Assembly (NCBI GenBank): GCA_000708835.1
Contig: DF237082.1
Location: 62,001-126,000, forward strand
DNA length: 64,000 bases
Source: Klebsormidium nitens
Taxonomy: Eukaryota; Plantae; Klebsormidiophyceae
Direction of reading: 5' to 3'
Part shown: positions 29,753 through 42,003 of the stretch, piece by piece
Layout of the letters: the number at the start of each line of letters is the position of its first letter
Position numbering within the stretch: position 1 is the first letter of the stretch
Notes under the pieces: generated by a model
Database searches by the model: none
What the model was told of the DNA's origin: nothing
What the model saw: only the letters and a program-made list of their open reading frames with translations
Translations under genes and position numbers: made by a program

Positions 29753-31773
29753 ATGGACGGGGATTTCGATCAGCTGGTGGAACGACTTGCCGCCATGCTG
29801 ACGTCGGCTGATCCAGAAGATATCAAGGGAGGGGCTTCTCTGCTGTATGAACTGTTTCTGTCTGCGGGGCGGGACACGTTCTCAAGGCTCGCTCAAGAGC
29901 TTGCCGCGTACCAAGGGGGGATCATCTTGAAGCGGCTCTTGGACGGCGCGGTTACCCAAAAAGACCCTGAACGTCAAGATACTGACCTCGTTACGACGGA
30001 ATTCCTGTACGCACGTTGCTGCCAGGCAATGGGGAGTCTGAGCTCAAGCAAAGTCGTGGTGGACCGGTACTTCAACAAGAGCTGGGAGAGCCCAGAGGGG
30101 CGGAGAGTCTGTAAGTGCATATTTCTTGACCTTTCCGGCCACCTGTTGACGCGCGCGCGCGAGATCGAGCGCGGGCAGAGTCACCTGAACCTGTTCGCTG
30201 ACGCATGGGTTCTTGCGCCCCTAGAGTGCTTGGCCAACTTCGCAGCGCACTCAAAGGTTTTCCGGCAGGCCATGAAGGACGCCTGTGAAGAGCGCACCCT
30301 CTTTGATCGGCTGGGCTTCCTCCTTTCCGCCGGAATTCAGCGGACGCTTTCCAGACGGAATGCTCAGCGGATCCGAGTCCTGATGGCTGATGTGGCGGTC
30401 ACGCTGGCGTTTTCGGCGGACAGCCAGCTGTGGGCTCTCGACCGGGGCGTGCTCAAGCTCATTGCGGCAGTTTATGCAGGTACAACCGTGACTCTGTTTT
30501 TCAATGACGATCTAGAATGTCACCAGTCCGGATAGGGCTCAAGCCCCCCACGTGGTAACCACAGAGGAATTTTACCACTGAAACACAAAAATGGTGGATA
30601 GATTGATAGCACAGAATGACATCCATGCTTCCGCAGCACCTCCATCCTTTCCACCCGTCCTCGTCGAGTCTCTTCCTCTCAGACGTTTTGACCTTAAAGT
30701 CTCATATTGTCTTCGCAGTTTCTCCTGGGGACCACCGCCAGGATGCGCTCGGGTGGGAGGGGTCCCCGGCTTTCCTCTGCAACGCGGTCTTGCTCCACTT
30801 GCTGCCCACGGAATCCGCGGCGGAAAAGCTGCGCGCGCACAACGCGCTCGACGGATTCCGGCCCCACAGGCGGAAAATGAACGACGCAGCGATCCCGGAA
30901 CTGGACCTCTGGAAGTACTTTGAGGGGAAACTGCAAGGGCGGCCGGTTCCAACCATCCCCCGTGACGCTCAGACGCGCAGCCTTGACGTGAGAGCCGACG
31001 GCGCTCCAATCGTGTGCTCATGGAAAGAGTGCACGGCGGGACCGGAGCCTCCGGGGACGGCGTTCAAAAGATGCGCGGGCTGTCAAGTTAGCCGCTACTG
31101 CAGGTGGGTCTTCATTTACCCATTACTTCTTGCAGATAGTTGCTTGCTCTCGAATGTCAAGTTCTCCCGTTCGGTCACCTTCAAAAGACTTGAGGTGCTT
31201 TTCTGTCTTGCGGCGCCTTTTGAGGTCCTTTAAGTCGGTGCGAACTCGATCCTGCCCTGGTTATCAAGCGCAAACTTCTGCCTAACTCAGATAGAACCTG
31301 GTGAACGTCGATCAGATACCGCGTCATCTACTTGTAAGAGCGTAGGAAACCTGAAAATGAACATTGTGATATCTTTGGAAATAATCCGTTCGTTCTGTCA
31401 GGATATTGTGAAGGACTTGGCTTTCAAATCTCGCTCGAAGTGAAAGGATCACCGCCATGGGCAGTATTCTCGCCTGTACTGATAGTTGTTGCGAATCTCT
31501 GAAACTTAGCAATGTTTTTCGAGTATTGAAGTTGAATTACAAATGCGTCACACGGTGAGGCCCATCTAAGGCCGTAAACAACGATAACAGGTGTACGAAG
31601 GGTACTTCTGAATAAGAAAGCGTATGTTTCCCTTCTGCAGCAAGGAGCATCAAAGGCTGCACTGGCGGACCCACAAGGTCCATTGCCGCGCGGCACATGT
31701 CAATCAAGTCAAGGAAAAGAAAGCATCGTCAATGGGGAACGGAGAGGCCGAACCATCCTCAAGCACGGCATAG
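29753..31773 (+). CDS. Unknown Leu-rich helical (ARM-like?) domain plus C-terminal zf-MYND protein, paralog A, 414 aa. Exons 29753-30479, 30719-31103, 31641-31773.
   Basis: CSWKEC...KRCAGCQVSRYCS|KEHQRLHWRTHKVHC matches the MYND ligand spacing (YCxxxH variant). It is collinear with paralog B and phases close. The ARM-like call is inference from composition only. Confidence 0.8.
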
Positions 31774-33328
31774 AGACTGTACGGTGTTATCTTGGGATGT
31801 TAGCTGGATTCTCGGAAGCTGTCGTCCCTTGTGGGAATTGTGTCCGACGCAATTGATCCGCTTCATTCAGTTACGTACTTTGACTAGACGTAGGATTCAA
31901 AGGAGGATACATGGTAGAATGTTTTGAAAAGTTGGGATGTTCCCTGCCCGTGTTCTAAAGAACGATGCTTACGAATCCCAGCTAACTGTCGGTCAGTGAT
32001 ATTTGTGTCATACACGTTCGCCCCGTCCGAAATAGCTGCCCCATGACCGTCATGAATATCATGAGTGCATAGTTTTGGAGTGTTCTCAATGAAATTCGGT
32101 TCGTACGGCTGTCAAAAGCGACCCGTGAATGCGGCCAGGCTGCTTGAAGCTCAGCAACCGGTGCACGGTGCTGTGGACGACATCCGATATGACATGTGCG
32201 TCTGAAGATGCCCACCTGTACGTACGACTTTTTATCAAAAGCAAGTGCTCATAGTAGTAATAAGAGTGAGTCGCCCATGTTTCCGAGCGCCAGGACTAAT
32301 GAGATCAGACACGCCGCGGCAATTATGTACGTACGTGGCCCATGCATAAAACCGCGCGTTCAATACGTACTTGATGAGCCTGATTGAGAAAATAAGCCCG
32401 GCCTGGAAGGCCATGGATCGTCCCATATTTAGTCTGATTGGTAAAATCATACAGCCGCGAGCAATTGAGCGCTATATAAATCTTAATCTGGATGGATTTT
32501 AATGCAGATCTGCAGAGAAACTTAGAACTGAGAACTGAGCACCATGAGAACATGCACTAGTATCATTGTGCGGACTGGATTATCGGAAGCTATCTTCGCA
32601 GTGCCCTCTCGCCGCCGCATTGCGCTCGATTTCTAAACGCTTCTTTGAAACACAATGGTGCATTTCAGCAGCCGGGGCTGGGGTGCTCAAACCCTAATGC
32701 ACGTTGTCGTGTATATAGTGACTCAGCACTGGTTGCTGTGCTGTCACTCAATAGCACTCGCCTCTCCGCTGAATGCTCGCTGATGAGCCGGAAACAGTTA
32801 TCTGCTGCTCCGCTGAGGGACTGCCGTGCAAAACTCCGGCACGTGCACACGCTTCTGCTGAATCGCTCATCATCGGAATGATCGACGTGCCTAGGTTCCA
32901 GCGGCATATACTCACTCCAAGGATAATGGAGAGTGTGACCAGCGACTGCACTACTTAGAATTTAAGAACAGGAGTTCAAAGGGTTCATTCTCAGGGGCAG
33001 CGTCTTGCAAAGTTACAAGGTAGACTTAAAAGCCTTAACACCAAGGGGTCGTTAGTTCTATTGCAGTGGGGCTCTATTTACACTGAACCAATCGCAGAAC
33101 GAAGCTTCTATAGGATCTGTAGGATCTTCCATGTACAGCCAATCTACGTGGGCAGCTAAGTGGATAACGGGGGCATCGTTTTCTCAGGAGTCAGGCCGCG
33201 TCGGAGCGAGTCTCTAGCAACATATCTTACTGACTCTAAGAGCATGTAAGTGGTTAATACGCGACGTCTCGATGAGGGGTTACAGCTTCGATTAAGCATT
33301 TCAAGATAGAACTATTACTCCAGAGTGT

Positions 33329-35555
33329 TTAGGAGGATGATGCCTCGCCGCCTGCTGGTGACGACGCATGTCTTCCTTGCTTAGCGCGATGCGCCCGGCA
33401 ATGGATCTTGTGGGTCGGCCAGTGCAGCTTCTGATGCTCTTTGCTGCAGGAGAAAAACAAGGCAACTCGTTCAGACAGATACATCCCGTACCTTTGACCA
33501 TTGTGGTTGTTTCACGCCTTATTGCGGACTCGTGGCTTGAATAGAAGTCCGTGAAAGTAGCGTTTGCTTGCGCGAAGAGCTGTCACTGAAAGGCGGAACT
33601 GTTGTCCGTGACAACTGAATTTGACGTCAGAAATGGAACGAAGGGGCCTACCACCTCTACGTTCACTCGACAGCCGGACTGACAGAACACAAACCATCAT
33701 CATAAGAGGATCCAATCCTCTTGCAACCTGACGACTTTAGTTGCGAGATCTGATGCACATTCACAAGGGTCAGTGCCCGTCAGAGGGAAGCATCCGCTCG
33801 ATCATTCAATTCTGAATTCCTTGATTTGGCACCAACTTGAAGATCAACGAAAGGAACCGCACGGAAAGTCAGGACAAGCGGACTAAGATTTCTCCAAACG
33901 TGTCTACATGGTCGTTCGACCTTTGCGAAGCAGGCCACTTTTTGCAAAAGCCGACGCGCACGAATCCTCACCAGCAGTAGCGAGCCACATGACAGCCTGC
34001 GCATCTCTTGAAAGATGCCCCCACAGGTTCCGGTTCCGCCGTGCACCCTTTCCACGAGCACACGACCGGAGTTCCGGTTCCGGTCGCTTTCACGTCCAGC
34101 CGGCATGTCTGACCGTTGCGCGGATCGATGATACGAACCCGCCGCCCTTGCAACTTCCCCTTGAGGTAAATCCAGAGGTCGACTTTCGGCCCCGCTGCGT
34201 CGTTGATCTTCCGCCTGTGGGGCCGAAATCCGTCGACGAGCGCGTTGTGCGCGCGCAACATTTCCGCGGCGGTTTCCGTGTGCAGCATGTGGAGCAGTAT
34301 CGCGTTGCAGAGGAACGTCGGGGCCCTGTCCCGCCGAAACGAATCCTGCAAGCATTGAATAAATGGTTTATACCTGTACCTGAAATCTATAAGAAGGCCC
34401 CGGTAGACCACTTGCGTTTGCCTGGGAGTTCGTTTGGATGCGTTGCGGGCGTTCAAGCGCGTCGTTTTCGTCTGGTGGGTTTTCAGGTGTAGCAACAGCA
34501 CCAGTTGTCAATTGTAATTATCATAATCTAAAAGGCGTTAAACTTGATGGATCCCTGCAAGCGGAGTGGAAAAATTATTTTGCTGCGGCCGTCTCAGCTG
34601 TCCCGTAATCCAGTCAGCAAGTTTCAGCCATGGGCAGCCAGTTCGCATCCGGACACATTAATCACGCCAATGCTTTGGTCCAAACAGGAAACGAGCTAGG
34701 CACAAGCCTTGAATCACAGCAAATCCAAACTTTTCGACTTCGAAAGGTAGAAACAGGATTCTGAGCTAGCTCTATGAATCACTTCTGTGCTCCGCGTAAC
34801 TTACCTGGCGGTAGTCCGCCGGAGAAACGGCGTAGACTGCCTCAACGAGCTTGAGCACCCCTTTGTCGAGAGCCCACAGCTGGCTGTCTGCTGAAAGCGC
34901 CAGCGAGGTCGCCACGTCAGCCATGGCCACTCGGATCCGCTGCGAGTTTTCCGGGGAGAGCTTCCGGTGCACTCCGGCGGAAACGAGGAAACCTAGCTGA
35001 TCGAAGAGAGTGCGCTCTGCCGAGGCTTCTTTCATCGCTTGACGGAAAGCTTTGGAGTGCCTTACGAAGTTGGCGAGACACTCAAAAGGCAAAACCACCA
35101 TCGCTTTCGCGAACGGGTTAAGGTTAACCTGCCCGCGTTCCAGGTGGCGCGCATCCGTTGAAGCGCCGGAAAGACTCAAATAAACTTCAGACGCGCTCTG
35201 CCCCTTTGCAGGCTCCCATTTCCCGTCGAAATACCGATCCACCACGACTTTGCTCGCGCCCAAAGTCCCGAGCGCCTGAAAGCAAACCATGCAGCGGTTC
35301 AACTTCGACACGCTAACCTCCATTTCGTCTTCAGGTTCCTGTCTCAGAAGCGCGCCGGTCAAGAGCTGCTCCAAGATTGCTCCCCCTTGGTATGCGGCCA
35401 GCTCTTGAGCGAGCCTGGAGAACGTGTCCCGCCCAGAAGAAAGAAACACGTCCTCCAGAAGAAAAAGCCCCCTTGAGGATCTCCTCCGGTTGTGTTGAGG
35501 TCAGCATGGCCGCAACCCGCCGCACCAACTGATCGAGGTCCTCGTTTGGATCCAT
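33329..35555 (-). pseudogene. Paralog B of the zf-MYND gene, about 412 aa if repaired. Exons 35555-34805, 34345-33972, 33443-33329. It carries a +1 T in a homopolymer near codon 31, so it is either a pseudogene or a sequencing error.
   Basis: MDPNEDLDQLVRRVAAML matches A's MDGDFDQLVERLAAML. GRDTFSRLAQELAAYQGG is identical. CSWKGC...KRCAGCHVARYCC|KEHQKLHWPTHKIHC is present. Exon 1 is 751 nt where 750 is needed. Confidence 0.75.
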
Positions 35556-37920
35556 CTGCTGAAGAAGAAAGAAGCACTTCCGCAAAACAAGTTCACCGGA
35601 CAGACAGACAAGTACCCCTAGACACGCCTAAGCTCTTTGGCTCTTTTGCCGTTCTTTGGCCAATCTGTTGAGTCACCTCAAGTTTCCAGTGCGTCAGAAC
35701 AAGCGACTTGGAGGCAGGTCTTTTTAGTCTGCAGCTCATTCAATTCTCTCAACTTCCATCTTTCCTTCAACCGGACCATTCTGGCGGGAACGTGAAAGAC
35801 TCGAGTCAAAGACATTCGAAGGTGATGACAGTCTGTCGACGAAACACAAGGTACTGAAACTGACACGTGCTAAAGATGCTTGGACAGGAGGAAGCCACGT
35901 ACGAGAAATTTGTGATGCACCAGCCCACCGTGATTCTCGTCCATCAATGTTCGTGACGTTCGACGATCCCGGATGGGACATACGTCACTCCAGACAGGAA
36001 ACGTCCCATCGTCATCATCGAACGTCAGCCCACGTCAATTTTGAGGAACTTTGTCTTGCAAGCTTGCAGGAGGAATGATCACCCGACGCGCATTTGCCTC
36101 GGTATCAATCGAAGCATGATCATTGAGTTCAAGTCTGACGTACCGTAAACCTATGCACAAGCTGGCTGAGTGATGATTTGCTGATCTGATGCATCTGGTT
36201 ATGAGCGGGTTCCGACTACTTACCGTGACGGCCCTTACTCTGTGTAACAGCTCTTTTTGAACCTTTCCGTCTATACGAGCTCTAGAAAGCTTTGGCAGTA
36301 CCCTTGCTTAGTACCGTTGTCTTCGAGCAGCCGACACGTTGGAAACGAAGCGAACGCTCTATCTGGCCGATGGCGCAGATTGTGCCTCGTCGCTCCCACT
36401 ACCTACACTACTAAAGTTCACGTCAGCATTACACCGCAACGGCCCGTATTTGACCCTACCTGCTGGATAAGCAGAGCGGCGCCCAAACTTATCGTGCTCA
36501 CAACAACCGCCTTCGAGCATCAGGGAGCGGCTGATTCCAAACCAGAGTCACCATCCGCTTTTGAGAACCTTCGATGCAGACACAGACACGAGGACATTGT
36601 ATCGACCCACGACAAAGCACCAATCAGTACTTTTAAGACGTCCACTTTGCGGATGATGTTGAGCTTGCATCTGGATCGCGCACGAATCGCTTGCCGCGCG
36701 GCAAGGTGCAAGCCTGCCAAAGGATGTACCTCGTAGCTTTAGGGCCCGGCAGATGATTGTCGTCTGAAGAGTCGAATAGAGACGTGCCTTAGGAGATGCG
36801 CCCCCGGTTGCCAGATTGAGAGATCATTCAGATACCGTAGCCAAAGACACATACACTTTCTGTACAACGGCTACTATCGAACATCCTTAGGATTGCTATG
36901 GTAGCCGCTCAACCACTGGCCTTCTTTGATCCAGAGCACCTTAGAATATGCTCCTTTGATTCCACATTATTCTTGTAAGAGTCCATTTAATCGGCCTGAT
37001 TGTTGTGCTATACAACCTCCTCTCTAGCTGACGCGGGCGGCCTGTAAGCGGCCTCGTTGTCAGATTATCGAAGCAAAATCCAAAGCAAACTACAGTACGC
37101 CCAAGATGTACAAGGCACTGGCGTGAACAAAGACTACCTCAGAACACTGGTGCGCAAGCTGCCAAATCCCCGACCGTGGGTTCCCACAGGACCGGTCACC
37201 AGGATGCCTGCAATACTCTGGAGGAAGCACGGCCGCTGCAAAAGATGGCCTAGCTCTGCAAGCATTGATGCGTCTGGCCAAACTGCTGCACCAGCAGCAA
37301 GATTGACAGGCTGTAGACAGGCTACCTTACATGCGAACACCGGCCTGCGCGCGCGCTGCAGCTCCCCGCGGCCGCCCAGTTGCACCCGACGAACGGGGTT
37401 CTGCACGGGGTTTGATGACATTCGGACCAGAGTGCTGACCTGGAAGGATCTCACAGATTTTATTGGAGTCTCGTCGAATCAATGTGCTTCATCGAGATTC
37501 TTCTACCACGTGGACAAAAGTGATTGCACTTTTCGGAACCAATGGCACGGGCTTCTTTTCCTCCCTGGTCCGTGCATTGCATTGCCCTACCTGCTTTCAC
37601 TGATTTTCTACTGAGAAGACGTCCTTCTGGTCTACCACCAGTGACCATTGGCATTGGCATCAACCCTCACGCCGTTGGATATCGCCTCAGGCTCAGGAAG
37701 ATCAGGTGCTGGCTTTGTCAACGTGTTGTTTGCTCACGTTTGCGGAACGCTTGTTTTGCTAGAGCGCGTTGCCATGCTATGAGACGGCATTGACTGCTGT
37801 ATTGAGTGCAGTATCAGCGTTTCGTTGCAGCGTGTTTGCTTGAAGCACTACATACATTACATGTCCGCGCCACCACTAATTTTATCTGCTCAAACAGTTT
37901 GAGTGCATCACTGAGCAGCA

Positions 37921-40900
37921 ATGGCTGCCCTGGCTCGTGCAGCGAACCTCTCCGCTGCAAACACAGTAGGTAGCACAATCTCATCTCAATCTCAAGAAGA
38001 TGCAGTTTTTCTACACAACCCGCTGACATATGCCGGAGTACAGACAAAAGCGCCGCGCTTTGAGCAGAGATTAAAGGTACAAGGGTTGAAGCCAGCAACA
38101 AAATTCTTGGGGCGGAGCAAGCAGTCTGCGCAGAGGTTGAGGGTTAGTGCGGTGGCGAGCGTTGAGGCAAAGCCGGAGGCTGAGGAGCAGAAACTAGAGG
38201 GGGTGCAAAAACTGTGGAATGCTGCCACTGTCACAAGCACGCAAGATATTTCTCCCGGAGTACGGATTGTTACACTGGAGACAGAAATCAGCAGAGAGGT
38301 GAGCAGTGCTGCCAAGGTTTTTTTCCGGCCCTCTAACAGAGCACGAATGGTTTTCCAGGTCCTAACAAGGTTGCTGGACTTGCTTGTTGTATTGAAGTGT
38401 TTGAGTTGGATATCTCAGGGAAAGTGGCATTCGGGGAGGAATTCCCATCGTAATTTGAGCGCCAAAATTGCTATTGAAGAACCTAAGAAAAGCTGCGTCA
38501 ACAGACCTCACGGAACAGTGCAACTTATGTGAAGTTGGGCGCCTGTCTTGTTTCACGTTTGTTGCATGCTTAAGAGCTTTTCCCGTCTGGTAAATGTCTC
38601 TATCAGCTTTCATTTAAGAATCACAGTTTGTATCATATTCTGGGGCTTTTATCGGCTTTTTTCCGAGGCAAAGACATGGTCAAAATGGATCCTGCTTCTC
38701 GATCAACCTGCCAGTCTGGCAAACTTGGAATGCATTCTTCCTTGCTTCTTTTTTAGTGAACACGTTTCTCAAACCAGCGCAGCTTCTACGCATTTGAGTG
38801 TCGGTTCGAAGTTGCACCTTTCATCACATTGTGATACGGGGCAATTTCCGCAGCGAATAAAAGAAATTGAGTCCACATTGTGCTGTGTGCTGCGCCTAAT
38901 TTGGTCCAGCAATCAAAGATGTTCTTACTCATTGGTGAACATTCAGAGAATTCTTAGCAATTTGGTGAACATTGGTAATGGTGAAGTCCGACGTCAACCA
39001 GAGATGCATATGGAGTCGATGGGAGTGGTGGTAAAAAGGGGAGGGTGGCTCACAAGCTTATTCCTTGCTGATCCCTGGAAACAGCGGCTGTAACGTGGAG
39101 TGGGCAATGGCAAACCCTAAATTCCATTTTGCCTGTGCAAAATGCAGATAAGCATTTTGGCATGAATGCACCCAAGCAGCTTCCCTTAGCGCCATTCTTC
39201 ACAATGCCGTATAGCATGGAGCAGCTCTCAAATTTCGCTGTAATCGACACCTTATAGATTTCTCTCGACTAGGAGCTCGACCTCGTAGCAATGCCGATAA
39301 AACTTGCTCAAGGCACTCCTTCTCTTTTTCGCAACTCTGTGTGTCACCATCATCTCTCACTTCCTCAAAATTGAGGCGTTCCACACTTCTAAGCATGCAG
39401 GGGGCAGTTCCCTTTCTCACTGCTTCTGCTCACATCGCCCCTCCTACTCACCAAGAGTGCCCCATCCTGGTATCCCTCTACTTGCCCCTTGCTTTCTGCC
39501 GCCCTTGAATTTTTGTGCTCATACCGAGTGCTCCTTCTGTACTTCCTCGTTGACATCCCTTCTTCCCATCGCTGACATCGCCCCTCTCTCTCCACTGACC
39601 ATACTTCCTTCTCACCGCTGACATCGCCTCTCCCTCCACTAACCATACCCCTTCCCAACCGCTGACATCACCCCGCGTTCACCATCAGATCGTGCCCCTC
39701 GATGCCTCGTACATGCTGCCCGGCCAGACGGCGCAGATCAAGCTGGCCTCGGGGGCCACGGAAGAAGCGGTTCCCGCGTCTGCGCCCTTTGCAAAGGAGA
39801 AGAACGAGGCGGTGCTTCTGAAGATGCGGGGCGACATCACGGCGGGGTCCACTAAGGTGGCTATGTACACCATGTCAGTCAAGGCTCCCCTGGAGCTGTG
39901 GGTGGAGGAGGGGAAAGCGCCTGGCCTGTGGAACCTCAAGCAGGGTGAGGGGCAAGATCAGTACGGGCCGTTCACTCATGATGGGGACTCTTTCTGTGAA
40001 CCTAGGGGCAGCTTTCAGGCTTGCTGAGCGTATTCTTGACACACACAGATGTCTGATCGATTGGGTGTGATCATGAAACTGCTGTCAGGCATTTCTAGCA
40101 GAAAACGGGGTTCGATCGAAACGTCTGAGCGCCCTTCTAGCCAGAAGGGCGAGACGGATCAAACCACAGGTCTTAGGTCTTGCATCTTGGAATGGAGAGT
40201 GCGACTTGCCTTCAAGTTACAATTGGGCATCAGAAGGCTCCTTGGCTGAAGGACTTGTGAAAGTTAAGAGTCATATGAGAACCAGATGTCAGATTTAGCC
40301 ACAAGATTATCCAGAAAGGAAAGTGAATGTTGGTCGGAGCTTGCAACGGGATCTCGATAGTGTCTGCTTGTGTCATAGATGTAGTTGAGGTTGAATCTTC
40401 ATGACGAGTTGGTCGAAGAGTTTCTCTGCGATGGCAGCTGTTGCTCGTCAGGAAGTTGCTTAAAAACATGGAGGGCTATAACTTGCTCTTTTACAAGGCT
40501 TTGAAGTCGACAGCACTGTCAAATGTTTAGTCTACAATTTTGACCACATTGTTGCATCTTGGCATGGCTCTGCTTATGTCTACACCGGCACCGTTTCTGA
40601 GGAGCTGTACAACCGTCACTCATGAAGCGCATTATCAGGCGTTTCTTGTCTCCTTCCAGGGCGATGATGATGTCTGGTCCCTCCAGGGCGATATCTCCCT
40701 CATCTTCGTTCAGCCAGATATTGCTTTCTGCTCGCTCACACACTTCGACATCACCCTTTTCTGCCTCTCCAATCCAGAAGAGCACGTCGATCTGCTTCCA
40801 ACCTTTTTCCTCTCGTCTTCCAGGCGACGAGGTGGAGGTGGGTCCTTTTAAACAGACCGGCATGGACGTGCGGCCAATTCTGTTCCTCACGCGCTTCCCG

Positions 40901-42003
40901 ACCGTGCTCGTGTTTGCGCGGGGGACCGGGCTAGCTGCGGCGCGCGCACTGGTTGAGGCCCAGGACACGGGCAGCCTCAACTTCCTTTTGCGGCAAGAGG
41001 GGCGTCTGTACGTTTCTGCGCCGTCACCCGCGGAACTTCCGTTCAAGGTACAGGCTAGCTTCGCAACTTTGAGCTAGCTTTCTCTCAGTTCACGAAGTGT
41101 CGATCGGGGTTCTCATTTGAGAACCCGAAATCTCTGCTGTGCCAAGAGGGACGCCTGTGCATCGTCAACCCCATACCTGCTGCTTTAGCTTCGTAAGCAA
41201 TTGATTTGCCCTGGTTCGCGAATTCTGCATTGTGCACGTCTTTTTGTGAGAGAATTGTGAGTTCAGCTGTGGCAAACAGGCCGCTTTAACGCTCCAGCGC
41301 TGCTGCTTGTGAAAGTGCCGTTCCAGATCGCATGACTCTTCCTTATTTTGAATTCTCTCGACAGTTTCTGTGCTTTCCATCGTCCAGTAACCAACTACGG
41401 AGGGACGGCCCAGACTTAATCTTGTCTAAAAAAGGGCAGCTTGAACGAAAGCAGAGGGTACTCATTCATATCGCGTTGAAGTCTATTGCTTCCAGCAATA
41501 TAAATTTCGTTTTTGCGTATTGTCGTCGAAGCCATATTGCACACGACAAGGCCGTTGCAACTGACATTGAATTCCAGTTGGCAGTCCGGAAACACGGCAG
41601 ACGTTACGTGGCGCAGAGTTCCGAGTGCCAGTCCAGTCGAAGTTGGGGCTGCAGCAAATTCGAAAAACGGTACCAAGAACGATCAATACGTCAAGCAGAT
41701 GGGTGACAATTCCACGTGAGCAGAGAAACTGATTCGCGTCTCCTTATCGCACAGAACGTGTGGCCTGCTTGGGAGTCGGCCAACGTGAAGGTGCGGCCGA
41801 CTGTCGACGCCACGAACGGGGAGCCGTGGGACGGTTTTGTGGGCGACCTGAAACACGCGTTCGACGAGGACGATCTAGAGTACGAGCCGACCCAGACTGC
41901 CGTTGTGGTCGCCGGCGACGCGGCCACAATCGACGAGGTGCTCGATTTACTACAGGAGGCGGAGATCCCGGAGGAGCAGCTCATCCGGTGGCAGTGTCCG
42001 TAA
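37921..42003 (+). CDS. Plastid-targeted FNR-like FAD/NAD(P)-binding oxidoreductase, about 368 aa. Exons 37921-38298, 39689-39944, 40824-41047, 41755-42003.
   Basis: Transit-peptide-like N-terminus ending RLRVSA-VA, YMLPGQTAQI, GDEVEVGPFKQTG, TVLVFARGTGLAAARAL (FNR-type GTG NAD-binding loop) and AVVVAG. Phases close. The exact subfamily is not determined. Confidence 0.78.
39571..39688 (+). repeat. Unit of about 45 nt x2.5 directly upstream of the FNR-like exon-2 acceptor
   Basis: GCTGACATC(G/A) at 39571, 39617 and 39661, with CT-rich/CCACT(G/A)ACCATAC spacers. Confidence 0.85.

Noticed and set aside
32415-32560. GTCCCATATTT followed by CTATATAAAT as a plant snRNA USE/TATA promoter
   Set aside because: The spacing (~41 nt) does not fit Pol II or Pol III snRNA promoters, and the downstream sequence does not resemble any U snRNA I recognise.
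36257-37614. ORFs of 159 and 185 aa between MYND B and the FNR-like gene, with patches that look like decayed coding sequence
   Set aside because: I could not assign a family or build a consistent exon chain, and the frames are interrupted by stops. It could be an old TE relic, but the evidence is insufficient.
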